Of a stretch of DNA of 64,000 nucleotides, positions 1 to 14,124 are shown piece by piece. The notes beneath the pieces are model-generated. The model had not been told where the DNA came from and ran no database searches. It saw only the letters and a list, made by a program, of their open reading frames with translations. The stretch comes from Octopus vulgaris (lineage: Eukaryota): contig OX597834.1 of the NCBI GenBank assembly GCA_951406725.2, forward strand, positions 35,340,001-35,404,000, in the 5' to 3' direction. Position 1 is the stretch's first letter. Each line of letters begins with the position of its first letter. The position numbers and the translations under genes were made by a program.

Positions 1-1619
1 GGTTCTTAGTCTTGCTACCACTAACACCACCATCACCTCTTACTACTGCTACCACCGTCACCACCACCACCACCACCACCACCACCACCATCATCACAAT
101 ACCATTACCACCCTGATTGCTTTTCCCATCATCATCATCACTGTCATCACTATCACGTTTCTGCAGCACCAACAGCACTACTGCCACCACCACCACCACC
201 ATCACACCACCACCACCACCACCACCACCACAACCTCCACTGCCACCGCAGCCATCGCTGTCACTACCACTGCTACCACCACTGTTACTGCTGCAGCCAG
301 TGCTGCTGCCATTACCCCACCACCACCACCACCACCACCACCACTGCCAAAACCACCATCACTGCAACCACCACTATAACTACCATCACTGCCACCACCA
401 CAACCACCACCACCACAACCACCACCACTACACTCTAATTTGATAATTGACTTAGATATAATAATTATAATTATAAACTGAACGTTATTTCATTCTAAAT
501 ACATATATACATATTCAGTATTCATACACATACCATCACATACACACACATACACACACACACACACACACACGCATTACCTACACAAACATCAAAACAT
601 TCAGATAAACATAGTGTCCACACACATACATACAGAGCAGACACAAACATACATACACACACACACACTGTCCACACAAGAGACACATACAGACATCACC
701 GTGTTCACACATACACACACACAGTGGAGAGTCACACAAACCGTTCAACACACGCCCCGCCTCCCACAACACAGTAGAGACACAAGAACACTTGTGCACA
801 CACACACACACACACAAGCATACACTGCATTCACATACACACAGTGAAGGCATACACACATTCACACACATACACCATCACACACACACACACATACATA
901 CACTGCATTTACACATGCACATACACACACTCACACACCATCATATACACACAAACATTCACTGCATTCACATACGCACATACACATACAAACATTCACA
1001 CACATACACCATCTCACACACACACACACACACATGTACACACAAACATACACTGCACTCACATATGCACATACACGCACTCACATACACACATATATAC
1101 ACACAAACATACACTGTATTCACATATGCACATACACACAGTGAAGGCATACACACATTCACACACATACACCATCACACACACACACACACACACACAC
1201 AAACATACACTGCATTCACACATGCACATACACAATGAAGACACACACATACTCACACATACACAGTGTTCACAAAGATGCACCATGATCACACAAGCAT
1301 ACATTGTTTGTACACACACACACACACAGAGGCCACATCGTGCGGAAAGTCAAAGTATTAATTGCAATGCCAGTAGATTTCACTGAAGCCAGGTTACCGA
1401 CAGAAAACAATGTTGTTCTGTCTGTCTGTTTGTCTCACTCTTCACTCTCTCTCTCACTCTCTCTCTCACTCTCTCTCTTTCTCTATTACCGAGCTGTTTT
1501 GGTTCACAATGTAAGCAATGACAGGGAATCCTGTTGTCAGACGCATAGGTGTGGTTGCTAAGTGATGCCCAAGATCAATATAGGCACACAGAAATGTTTG
1601 CATGTATATGTTTATATAA

Positions 1620-1650
<31 letters not shown>

Positions 1651-1920
1651 ATCATCGTCATCACCATCATCATCACCATTGTCATCACTGATTTTAACGT
1701 TCTCTTTTCCAAGCTTGCATTGGTCAGTTGGAGTTTATTGAAGCAGATTTTCCTACAGTCGGATGCCCTTCCAGTTGCCAACCCTCATCTGTTTCCATGC
1801 AAGTCAATATCTCTCCATGGTTAAACATTTTTTGTCTTTGGTAAAATATTGGAAGGGAATGACACACTGTATGACTGTGAAACCTAACATGTGATATCAA
1901 GACAAGAGCACACACACACC

Positions 1921-2010
<90 letters not shown>

Positions 2011-3928
2011 TAATCCAAACATGAAAACACAAAGAGAAAACACAACAATGCGAGGACGTGGAACAAATATAGTATTATTGGACACTCAGGAAGGAAGGGA
2101 AGAAGGAGGGTTTAATGTTTCGAGTGGAGCTCTTCGTCGGAAACATAGGAGAAGGAAAGATCCAGAGACGGGAAGACAGAGGAAAAAAAATCGCCAACGG
2201 TACAACAGTACATATATATATACATACATATGTAGCAAGAATATTTAGCAACAGCAAAACTTAGAAATTGAACCTAGATCCCTATATCTGATGCCAAAAA
2301 GAAAACTAAAGAAAATGATGGGGATTCATTAAAATGTTACCAAAATCATAAAAAAAACTGACCCTTCAAGACTTCATGTGGAACCAGATCTAATAACAAT
2401 TTCATTTTGGTGTGCATTTTCTGAGCACGGGGTCTTTTAGCCACCAGAGAGCAGAGAGCAGACAGTAGCAGAACCAAGGGCTAAGGTGTGTGCTGCCACA
2501 ACATGAAAATAATAGACTGCAACGGCAGCAATGAGCCATGACCAGCTCTTGTCATGCACAATTAACAACAACTGGCAAGGGAGATATCTCCCTATCTATA
2601 AAACCCCAGAGAACACATCAGAATATCACGTCACGCATGTCCTTTCTACTGTAGGCATAAGGCCTGAAATTTTGTGGGGAGGGGCAAGTTGATTCCATCG
2701 ACACCTGTACTCAACTGGCACTGAATTTATCAATCCTGAAAGGATGAAAGGTATAGGTGACCTTGGCGGAATTTGAACTCAGAATGTAGCGGCTGACGAA
2801 ATACCTATTTCTTTACTACCCACAAGGGGCTAAACACAGAGAGGACAAACAAGGACAGACAAACACACATACACACATATATACATATACATATATATGA
2901 CGGTCTTCTTTCAGTTTCCGTCTACCAAATCCACTCACAAGGCTTTGGTTGATCCAAGGCTTTGGCAGAAGACACTCGCCCAAGGTGCTACGCAGTGGGA
3001 ATGAACCCGGAACATGTGGTTGGTAAGCAAGCTACTTACCACACAGCCATTCCTATGCATTCAAAAATATTCATAAACTAAATCATTAAAATTGTTATTA
3101 CTATCATATATTTATATATGATCATCCGTACAATCTTTTCTATTTACCTAAACTACTCACAAGGTGTTGATCAATAGAGGCTGAGCAGAGGGATTGAATT
3201 CAGAACCTGTTGGTTGCAAAGCCAACTTTTTAACCACACAGCCAGCCTGGCTTATGTCAAATTATAAAAGCTACATCCTCCAGCATGTACAATATGAATA
3301 TCTGATGCAAGAGCAAAGGTGAGCGTTAATATAGATATGGTATGAACTTATACTCTATAGGTGGTATTACGTCTATATATAGTGTAGACCATTACCACAA
3401 TTAGTTATTGATTTTTATCAAAATGATGTATATCAGATGACCCAGGACGGTGATGTTGTAATATGTTGCAGCTATGTTGGAGGTTGATACAGTTATGGAA
3501 ACAATATGTTCACCACCTATGTGTCTGTGTGATAATGCAAAAACTCGTTTGTAAGGATGCTTACACTTGGACGCTTCTATATAAATGTATCGATATACAT
3601 GCATACAATATACATGTTTGTGAATAATGTGTGTGTGCATGTTCAAGCACATATATATATATACACATACACACACACATATATACATATACATATCATC
3701 ATCATTCATCATCATTACCATCATCATCATCATCATCCTCATTTAATGTCCATTTTCCTTGCTGGAATGGGTTGGACAGTTTGAATGAAAACTGGTAAGC
3801 TGCACCAGGCTCCAATCTGATTGGGCATAGTTTCTACAGCGGGATGCTCTTCCTATCACCAACCACTCTGCTTGACTAAAGGCAGTGCTCCAGCATGGCC
3901 TCAGTCAAATGACTGAAACAAGTAAAAG

Positions 3929-3963
<35 letters not shown>

Positions 3964-4143
3964 GTACACACATATATACATAGACACACATATATATCTA
4001 TAGGTGCAGATGTGGTTGTCTCGTAAGAATTTGCTTCTTAATTTCTTAGCATGGCACATTGGGCAAGTGTCTTCTACTATAGCCCCAGGCTGATGAAAAC
4101 CTTGTGAGAAGATCTGGTAACAAAGAGAACTGAAAGAAGCCTG

Positions 4144-4189
<46 letters not shown>

Positions 4190-4827
4190 TTGGACTCTCT
4201 TGTTGCGTCAATGATTGAGAGTTCACAAGACACAGCTGGAAATTCCTTCACCGTATGAATGCCTGTGTGCAGGGTCAAAGCTAAAGGCTCTTCTGGTAGC
4301 ATCCTCTACCTAACCCCACTTGCCACTGGACTCATGAATAAAGTGTGATGGTGTCTTGGTTTGCTGAACAAGTTGCACAATGAATATTATAAGGGTGAAC
4401 AGAAAGTAAAGGTAAATTTACCTTCCTGGGTCATGCTGACACATAAGGGTTGGGTCCCTGGTTTCATGACGCATATATTCCTCATCTGGACAGAATGCCG
4501 GTGGATGATTGTATAGTTTATTAAGATTGGTTCCCAGTTCATAACTGGTATTTCATTTTATTGATTGTCACCAGGAATGACAAAAGACAATATAAACCTT
4601 GGCATGGCTTGGAATCAGAATATATAAAGTGATGTAAATAAGAAGCTGCAAAGCATTTTTGTCAGAAGCTCTACCGATTCTGCAAAAAATCACTGATATT
4701 AAACCTTTGCCTGTCCCAAGCATTTTCATAAGTTTGTCCTAAATGTCCATGCTTATTTCCAAACTTTTAGTTATGCCTTGTTTCATACCTTCTGAGCAAT
4801 CTAAAACTTTCCTTTCATAAGTCTCAA

Positions 4828-5495
4828 GGAAATATGTCCTATGTATCAGATGTGATAAACGAGACAGGCAAAATTAGGAACGTGTATCATATGTGATGCA
4901 TGGATGCCAGGGAAATATGTCCTGGATATCACAAGTGATAAACGAGACAGGCAAAATTAGGAACGTGTATCATATGTGATGCATGGATGCCAGGGAAATA
5001 TGTCCTGGATATCACATGTGATAAATGGGACAGGTAAAATTGGGAATGTGAATCAAATATGATGCATTGATGCCAGGGAAATCATCATCATCATCATCAT
5101 TTAGCGTCCGCTTTCCATGCTAGCATGGGTTGGACGGTTCAACTGGAGTCTGTGAAGCTGGAAGGCTTCATCAGGCCCAGTCAGATCTGGCAGTGTTTCT
5201 ACGGCTGGATGCCCTTCCTAACGCCAACCACTCCGTGAGTGTAGTGGGTGCTTTTTACGTGCCACCTGCACATTTACGTGCCACCTGCACAGGATATCCA
5301 GGAAATATGTCCTGGATATCACATGTGATAAACGAGACAGGCAAAATTGGGAACGTGTATCATATATGATGCATGGATGCCAGGGAAATATGTCCTGGAT
5401 ATCACATGTGATAAACGAGACAGGTAAAATTGGGAATGTGTATCCTGTATGATGTTTGGAAGCCAGGGAGATATGCCCTGTGTATCACATGATAC
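4828..5495. repeat. 83-bp tandem repeat (~6 copies) interrupted by a SINE at 5082-5290
   Basis: ggaaatatgtcct starts at 4828, 4911 and 4994, and resumes at 5301 and 5384. Confidence 0.9.
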
Positions 5496-5975
5496 ACGAC
5501 AGTTCCCAGCCCTTTTTGTATCACAGACAATTTTCCACAGACCGGGAAACCACATGCATAATAAAAGACAATAAAGTACCTTATATATAATTTAATTATC
5601 CAGCCGTAGAAACACTGCCAGATCTGACTGGGCCTGACGAAGCCTTCCAGCTTCACAGACCCCAGTTGACCCGTCCAACCCATGCTAGCATGGAAAACGG
5701 ACGCTAAACGATGATGATGATGATGATGATTACATACATATTGCACATATATTACACACATGATACATATTTAGCGCAAAAACCCCTGCAGATTGCAATA
5801 GTCAATGAAATGGAAATAAAATCATAAAATTTATTCTTTCAGTGCGACCCAGTACCAAATGAGCCATGGTCAGTGGGCTTGTGGTTGGGGAGCTCTGTTA
5901 TAGAAGGGCAGGCAAAGGGTCAAGAATAAGATTAAAAAAAAACAAAAACCGAAAGTAATAGAAGGGGCTTCTTAC

Positions 5976-6043
5976 TTGATACAATCCCCTAGACCTGGGG
6001 GTTGACATATACAACCACAGTTCGGGCAGCAAGCCAGAGACAT
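5976..6043 (-). CDS. Candidate first coding exon of an unidentified minus-strand gene (Cys-rich N-terminus MSLACCPNCGCICQPPGLGDCI)
   Basis: aaaATG at 6043 with an in-frame TAA 5 codons upstream; 22 codons + 2 nt, then donor AA|GTAAGA at 5975. Lies in non-repetitive sequence; no downstream exon found in the window. Confidence 0.45.
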
Positions 6044-7706
6044 TTTCAAGTCCAGTTATAAGACACGATTGTGTTGTTGTTCTTGTTTGTTTTTTTGTCT
6101 GTGAATGCGGATAAAACAGTCTCAAGCATCCGGATCGGTCAAGTCTGTCAAGTGTTGTACCGTATCAGAGGTGGAGTGGAGGAGGGGAGGGAGAGGATAT
6201 CTGAGGGGGGTAGGGCGTGATGGTGATAGTGGCAATGGAGGTGTTGGTGTTGGTGGTGGTGGTGTTTATGTATCAAAACATGTTACATACATACACAACC
6301 TAGGCTAGGCCAGAAGGCCAACTTTATCTTGCAGCTTGTATAACAAGATTTCAGGAAGCAACACTGATGATGATAACGATGATGATGATGAAGATGATTA
6401 ATTATAATGGTGCAATGATGATGACAGTAGTGGTGTGATGATGATGATGATGATGATGAGAGGAGGAGGAGGATGTTGATCATAAGTTATAATGGTGTGG
6501 TGATGATGATGTTGGAGGTGATGAAGGTGAGGATGATGATGAGGAGGAGAAGGATGAAGAGAGGAGGGCTTGAAAATCATAGCAGTGTTGATGATACTGT
6601 TGATGATGGCGATGATGATGAAAATGATCATGATGACGATGATGGTGGTGTTTGTGATAGTAGTAGTAGTAATAGTAGTAGTTGTCGTCATGATTGTGGT
6701 AGTGGTAACGATGGTCTCGGTATTAGTATTGGTAGTAGTATTGGTGGTATTAGCAAAAGTAGTGGCAGTAGTTATGGCGACGGTAGAGATGTTATTGGTG
6801 GTTGTGGTGGTGGTGGTAGTAGTAGTGTTGGTGGTAGTGGTGGTGGTGGTGAGAGGGTAGGTATTGATGGTTGTAGATTTAAGTGTTGAGACAGGAAAGA
6901 GTTTTGCAGGCAAAGAGGAAGAGGATGAGGAGAGGAGGAGTGTTTATATAAAGATTGAGCAGGAAATGGTTGAGGGAGAGAAAGAGGGACAGAGAGAGAG
7001 AGGAGAGAGGGAGAGAAAGAGAGAGAGAGGGGGAGAGACAGAGGGGTGAGGGAAGGAAGTGAAATATGTGAAGCATGACTTAAGTTAAGTGTGAACATCT
7101 CATCAGACACGTCTGGTTGTTTGAAGCGTGATGTGGGCCAACAATAACAACAACAACAACAACAACGATGATGATGGTGATCACGATGATGCTGATGCTG
7201 ATGATAATGATAGTAATAATAATCCTTTCTACAAAAGGCCCAAGACCTGAAATTTTTGGCAGGGGCAGGAGGGGGGTTTAAATGCTGAAGGGTTAAAGTA
7301 TGGCACACTGGGCAGTTTCCTTGTGGCTTCACGGGTCTAAGGGCCCAATTCTGATCTATGTGTGCAGTGGGTTGTTGTCAATAAATAAATAAATGCTACA
7401 GGGCCCAGGCACTTTCATTCGCCTGGGGTCCTATAATGCTACTGAAACAGCCCTGCCCCAGAGATTGATAAAATAAAATAGCAGTTCAAGTACTAAGTGC
7501 AATGGTATTGACCAATGTGCCTCTTCTTGACAATTGCTGGCCTTGTGCCTAAATACAGAGCTGCCTCAGCCCTTTCAGTACCAAGACAATTCACAGGATT
7601 AGGGGTCACCATTGGCTGCATTTCATATTCGACAAGCAACTCTACTCAGAAACCTAGATGCATCTTGTTACTTGTATAAATCAGGAGATTCAGTGTAAAC
7701 TACTTA

Positions 7707-7925
7707 AGGCGGCGAGCTGGTAGAATCGTTAGCACGCCGGGTGAAATGCTTAGCAGTATTTCGTCTGCGGTTACGTTCTGAGTTCAAATTCCGCCGAGGT
7801 CAACTTTGCCTTTCATCCTTTCGGGGTCGATTAAATAAGTACCAGTTACGCACTGGGGTCAATATAATCGACGTAATCCGTTCGTCCCCTCTGTGTTTAG
7901 CCCCTTGTGGGTAGTAAAGAAATAG
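7707..7925 (+). mobile_element. tRNA-derived SINE family B (more than 15 copies in the window)
   Basis: Head aggcggcgagctggtagaatcgttagc, B-box gagttcaaattcc, core tttgcctttcatcctttcggggtcgat..aagtaccagt. Confidence 0.85.
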
Positions 7926-8185
7926 TAAACTACTTGATCATCATCATCATAATCGTTTAGCATCTGCTTTCCATTTTTTCATCTCTGGACCCCTCTGATT
8001 AGTATTTTATTCTGGGACTCCCATAGCCATTTGATGTTTAAAAACTAGTTTTATATATTCTTCTTTCAAAATTCCTCTTTTGTTTTCCACACATTAGCTC
8101 GTGTAGATTGAACTGTGTAAAATGTTAGAGAAAGAAACGAAGGGTTTTTTTTTTTTGCAATACATACCAATACATACATCTAATG

Positions 8186-8523
8186 CAGGGGTTCTCAACC
8201 ATTTTTAATCTATGGACCCTTTTGATTACAATTTCATTTTGTAGGATCCTCACAGCCATTCGATGTTTAAAAACTAGTGTTATGGGTACTTCTTTCAAAC
8301 CTCCTCTCTTGTTCTCCACACTTTAACTCGTGTAGATTGAATTATGTAAAGAAACCTGGTTGTTTCTTGCAATACATCACCAATACATACATCTAAAGCA
8401 AAATTTTCTCAGGGGCCCTTAAAATACTATTGTGGGTCTTCAATTTATTATTTTGTTGCATACACACCCAAAAATCTTATATAGACCCTTAGTGGCCGTA
8501 TGAACCCCAGTTGAGAACCACTG
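8186..8523. mobile_element. hAT-like MITE (partial duplicate 7970-8183; related copy 46683-46935)
   Basis: TIRs caggggttctcaac / gttgagaaccactg. Confidence 0.7.
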
Positions 8524-8764
8524 GGTTGGACGGTTTGACTGAAACTGGTAAACTAGGGAGCTGCTCCCGGTTTCAATCTAATTTGGCAGGGTTTCTACAG
8601 CTGGATGCCCTTCCTAATGGCAACCACTCTGAGAATGTAATGGATACGTTTTACCTGCATCCGGCACAGGTGCTTTTATGTGCCACCAACACAGGGTGCC
8701 AGTTATGTGACACTGGCATCAGCCACAACTACGAATTCACTTGGTTTGGTCATGCTTCTCAATT

Positions 8765-9010
8765 TTCCAACCCGCGTCTTGTGTATCATGTCCTCTTCTC
8801 TGAGGACCTGGTTGGGTTGACGGCTTGTCATGTTGCTCGCTTACCTACTCCGTGGCCACAACAGATGAAGAAGTATTTCGCAAAGATGGACACTGACAGC
8901 AACACTGCTTGGAGAGTTGCCTGGGGTGACCCAGGGACATACCAACAAATGCTTGATGCAGCGATGTGGCGCAACGGCATATAACCTCTCTCCTCCCTTC
9001 CACCTGATCC
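8765..9010 (+). mobile_element. RTE-like LINE C-terminal fragment
   Basis: YHVL..ED..RLPTPW..AWRVAWGDPGTYQQMLDAA resembles an RTE ORF end. Confidence 0.55.
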
Positions 9011-10309
9011 GACCTGGCTTTGTGCCTAAATTAGAAACCGCTTTTGTGGTTAGCATTTACAATTTTAATTTACTTACCACACGAACAGCTGTTTGTGATT
9101 GTTAGCGAAGATGAGAGCCAAAGCACAGGTTGGAACATGCGAAAATGTGTTGCCATCTTCACTATAAATGTTAATTTAACCAGTTATCAGCGCAGCATAA
9201 ACAATTATTTATAATCCATCTTCAAAACACATCCATCAAAACATTTTGTTCGTACTAATGGACTTGTTATGTTCTTTTTTTTTTTTGCTTCAGTTGTATA
9301 GTCCTGATGATTATGATGATGATGATGATGACGACACCCCAGCGCCACGTGCTCTTTTCTTCTGACAGGAAAATCATGATGAAATATCATCATCATCATC
9401 ATCTTCACAACCCTCATCATCATCACCATCAACATTCTTCTCCTCCTCATCATCATCATCACTGACATCCTTGTTCTCACCCCAGCATCACCAGTACCCC
9501 GCTCATCATCATCATCATCATTATTCTCACCATCTCACTATCCTCCTCCTCATCAGTATTCTCCTCCTCCTCCTCGTCATCACCACCACCACCTACATAA
9601 TCATCATCATCATCATCCTTGTCCTTACTGTCACCACAACCAACACTATCAGCTTCCTCCATCCTCCTCCTCCTCCTCATGATGATGATGATCATCATCA
9701 CAGTCTTTGCCCTCTCTACCACCAACATCTGGACCCTAGAAGGGACCCTTTCAGTGGCTGTCACTCAACACTGGCCCAGTCCACCTTCTGTCATTCTCCT
9801 CTTTTGTGGTCAATCAACCAATTTCTAGAAACGGAAGTAGAGCATTCAGACCGGACCACATATATCCCCACGCCACGCACTCCCACCCCCCTCAGTTCTC
9901 TCTTCCTCCCGCACAGACCCACAGATGTTCAGGTTGGCTGCATATTGACTGTTATTGACCTCACTTATCTGGAGACGGTAATGAGAAGGGGGGGAAGTAG
10001 GGAGAGAGAAAGGAAGGCAAGTATTGCTGTTCCCCCCATTCACCCCCCACCATCTCCTCCCTTCACTGTATCTCTTCTATATAAAACTACAGGTATTGCA
10101 AAAGTCATCAATAAGATAACACTGCATCATGGTGATGGCAGTGGTGGTGATGGTGGTGGTTGTTGTTGGTGGTGATGGTGATGGCAGTGATGGTAGTGGC
10201 AGTGATGGTAGTGGTGGTGGTGATGGTGGCAGTAATACTGATGGTGGTGGTGGTAGTAATGGTGTTGGCAGTGGTATGGTGGTGGTGGAGGATGTATATT
10301 GCTTATGTA

Positions 10310-10640
10310 TAGTGACACAGAGTAGAGTGTAGTGTGGTTACAATGCAGTGGAATGCGATTTTCTGCAGTATAGCACAGTGTAATGCACCCTTACGTGGTG
10401 TATGCAATATTGTACAGTGCAGTGTGGCATAATGTATTGTAATATGGTACAGTATAATGCAATGTGGTAGAATGTAGTGCAGTATAGTGCATGGCAGTGT
10501 GGTATATTGTCATGCAGTGCGATGTGGTATGACCCATAGTGTGGTGTACAACACTTTGTGTAATGCAGTTCAGAGTAGTATCATATGATACAACATAACA
10601 CAGTGTGGTGAGCAAACGGATGTAGCATGGTGTACTGTCT
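10310..10640. repeat. Degenerate pentanucleotide (AGTGT/AGTGC)n tract
   Basis: 5-bp periodicity gtgtagtgtggt..atgcagtg. Confidence 0.75.
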
Positions 10641-11124
10641 AGTATTCTTTTAGTCTTTTACTTATTTCTGTCATTTGACTAAGACCCCCAGGACTTATTC
10701 TTTGTAAGCCTAGTACTTATTCTATCAGTCTCCTTTGCCGAACTGCTAAGTTACAGGGACGTAAACACGCCAACATCAGTAGTCAAGAGGTGGTGGTGGA
10801 CAAACACACACACACATGTATACATACAACAAGCTTCTTTCAGTTTCCATCCATGAAATCCACTCACAAAGCTTTGACTGGCACAAGGCTTTAGTAGAAG
10901 ACACTAGCCCAAGGTATCATGATTTGGGACCGAACCTGGAGCGAGGTTCTTTCACTATGGTTAAAACTCTGCCTTCTTTCAGAGTCAAATAAAGAAACTA
11001 GTTGACGGCTGTGCAGTGGTGCAATTGTTGCAACATAAAACAGGATGCCTTCTTATGCTATCTGTTCTGGTTCTGTACATCAGGAGTTCAAATCCTGCTT
11101 TCTGTCACAAGAACAAATTGCTGA

Positions 11125-11458
11125 GACCCCCTTCGGTTATGACTGACTGTGGGATTGCACCTAGAAAGTTACCCTCCTAGGCACAAGTCTGGGCAAGGTT
11201 GTTTATGGAAGACCAGCAGTCGCCCATGCATACCGGCTTCCCCTCTCCACACCACCAGTGTTATCCAGGGGGAAGGGCAAAGGCCGATACAGCTTGGCAC
11301 CAGTGACATCACAACTCATTTCTACAGCTGAGTGAACTGGAGCAACGTGAAACAAAGTGTCTTGCTCATGAACACAACACGCAGCCCGGTCCAGGATTCA
11401 AACTCACAACCTCACGATCATAAGCCCGACGCTCTAACCACTGAGCCATGCACCTTCA
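11125..11458 (-). mobile_element. tRNA-derived SINE family C (others at 15825-16120, 20690-20960, 50733-51068)
   Basis: - strand head ggtgcatggctcagtggttagagc..gagtttgaatcc, followed by tgagcaagacacttt. Confidence 0.8.
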
Positions 11459-11473
11459 CTCAGCTCAGCGGCA

Positions 11474-11512
<39 letters not shown>

Positions 11513-12056
11513 AACAAATTAACAAAAAAGGCTAAAAGACAAACATGGATTGTTAATACTCTAAGGAATGGCATGAATGTTACAGATTCCCATCTAGTGT
11601 TCACTTGTAAATGTAAGTGGTGAAACACCTCAGTAAAAAAAAAAGTTATGATAATCCTTTGACAGTTGTTGTCAAATGTTTTGATATTTGACGGCAACTG
11701 TCATGTTATAAGTGAATATGACATAAATATGACAATATGCAATTAATTACAGTCAATTAATTATTGATTACTCCTAAGACAATGATGTTGGGGGTTTAAC
11801 AAGAACTTAAAGAAGACAAGACCATGTGATGCATCTTGTGTTTGAACCAATGACGGAGCATCCATGTGGTCACTTGACCTGTTAGATACAGCAGCCAAAT
11901 ATCACTCAGATCACACTCCAATGTCTTAAATAAAGAAGGATACATTAGACAATGGAGTACTTGATGTACACAAAAATACAAGGTGGTCACAACTGAAATG
12001 CCTTCGATTAATAAGTCTGCTTGAACAGAGCTGGCCATGGGCTAAATATTAACAAC

Positions 12057-12087
<31 letters not shown>

Positions 12088-13411
12088 CAATGAATAATAA
12101 ACATTTACTGATATCTTCATCTTTTACTTGTTTCAGTCAGTGGACTGTGGCCATGCTGGGGCACGTCCTTGAAGGTTTTCGTCGAACAAAAGCCCCAGTA
12201 CTCATTCTGTGAAGTCTGGTACTTATTCTCTCAGTCTCTTTTGCTGAACCACTAAGTCAGGGGGACATAAACAAAGCAATAGTGGTTGTTAAGAGTGGTG
12301 GGGGATAAACACAAAGACACATGCATACAAACATATATGATGGGCTTCCACACAGTTTCCATCTACCAAATTCACTTACAAAGCATTGATTGGCCCAGAG
12401 TTATAGAGAAAGACACTTGCCCAAAGTGCCACACAGTGGGACAGAACCCCAAAACCATATGGAGCAAAGTGAGCTTCTTAACCACACAGTCATGTATGAA
12501 AAAAGGACAGGGTGGTCATGGTTGGAACTTTTTTGATTATAGGCTGAAATATCTTGATCAGGGCTGATATGAGGCTAAACAACATCATCATTATCATTAC
12601 TATCATCATCACCACCACCACCGCTGCCACCGCCACCGCCACCACCACCACCACTACCATGTCTCCCTAATTTTCTACTTGTGATCTACTGCATCGTCAA
12701 TCAATTAGGAAAACAATTAAACAACTGTGATGTATATAATTAAGATGTCACTGAATCAATTTAAATTGCTCAATCTAATCAACAAGTAATTGAGAGGTAC
12801 AAGTTCTTCCAATTAACGACTTAATACATTAATAAAATCTTTTGCTCCTCTTGTTGTTGTTGTTATTGTTGTAGTGTATCCTGGTTGATCCTGAAAGATC
12901 AGATCAACTGTAAAATATATATAGTCAGGTATTGTTGTTTAGCCCCAGGTGGGCCTTAATCAAGCAGAACTGTATTAGGCGATGTTGTTGTTAGTGGTGG
13001 TCATGGTGGAGAGGTGTAGCCTTGGTTGACCGAGAGAAGAGACCAGTAGCAAATATACAGCTTGTCGGTTGCCTTTGTCTTCTACTGTAGCCTCAGGCTG
13101 ACCAAAGCCTTGTGAATGGATTTGGTAGTTGGAAACTGAAAGAAGCCCGTCGTATATATATATATATATATATGTATGAATGTATGTATGTATGTATATG
13201 TTTGTGTGTCTGTGTTTGTCCCCCCAACATCGCTTGACAACCAATGCTGGTGTGTTTATGTCCCAGTCACTTAGCGGTTCGGCAAGAGAGACAGACAGAA
13301 TAAGTACTAGTCTTACAAAGAATAAGCTCTGGGGCCGATTTGCTTGACTAAAGGCGATGCTCCAGCATGGCCACTGTCAAATGACTGAAACAAATAAAAG
13401 AATAAAAGAAG

Positions 13412-13442
<31 letters not shown>

Positions 13443-14124
13443 AATAAGAAATTGGCAGTTCATCGTATTTTGTTATTGGTACAAATTATTTTTGCTGAAA
13501 AATCTATTATTTAGAGATATTAGTTCTGTTAAGAATGAACGGCTAAACCAGCCTGGAAAATGAACGTGCGTGCACACACACACACACACAAACACACACA
13601 CAAACACACACACGTGTGAAGTATGTCTGAAGAGTTGTCAATACTGTTTAGGTGCAAGAGATAGCGCGATGCTATCAGTCACATTCAGGACCAGTTTATA
13701 TGCCATAATCACTGTCCAATGATATATATATACACACACACATACATACACACACACACATACATAGACACACATATATACACATGCATACACACACACA
13801 CATATATATATATACATGCACACACACACACATATATAGAAACACATACACACATATATATATATATATATATATACACATACATATATATAAACACATA
13901 CATTTATATGCACACACACACACACATACTCACATATATATACACATATATATACATGCACACATACATATACACACACACACATGTACTATATATATAT
14001 ATACATTCGTATACACATGTACAACACACATACACACACATACAACCATAAGCAATATTCTCAAGAGCAGCTCTGCACTTCTCTCACAAATTGTTTTTAT
14101 CCTTTTCTTTTTCAAATTTTGAAT

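Noticed and set aside
117-1386. Overlapping His/Thr/Pro-rich ORFs
   Set aside because: Stop-free simple repeats, open in several frames
9471-10175. 234-aa ORF
   Set aside because: Mostly (CAT)/(CCT) repeats, non-ATG start and no recognisable domain
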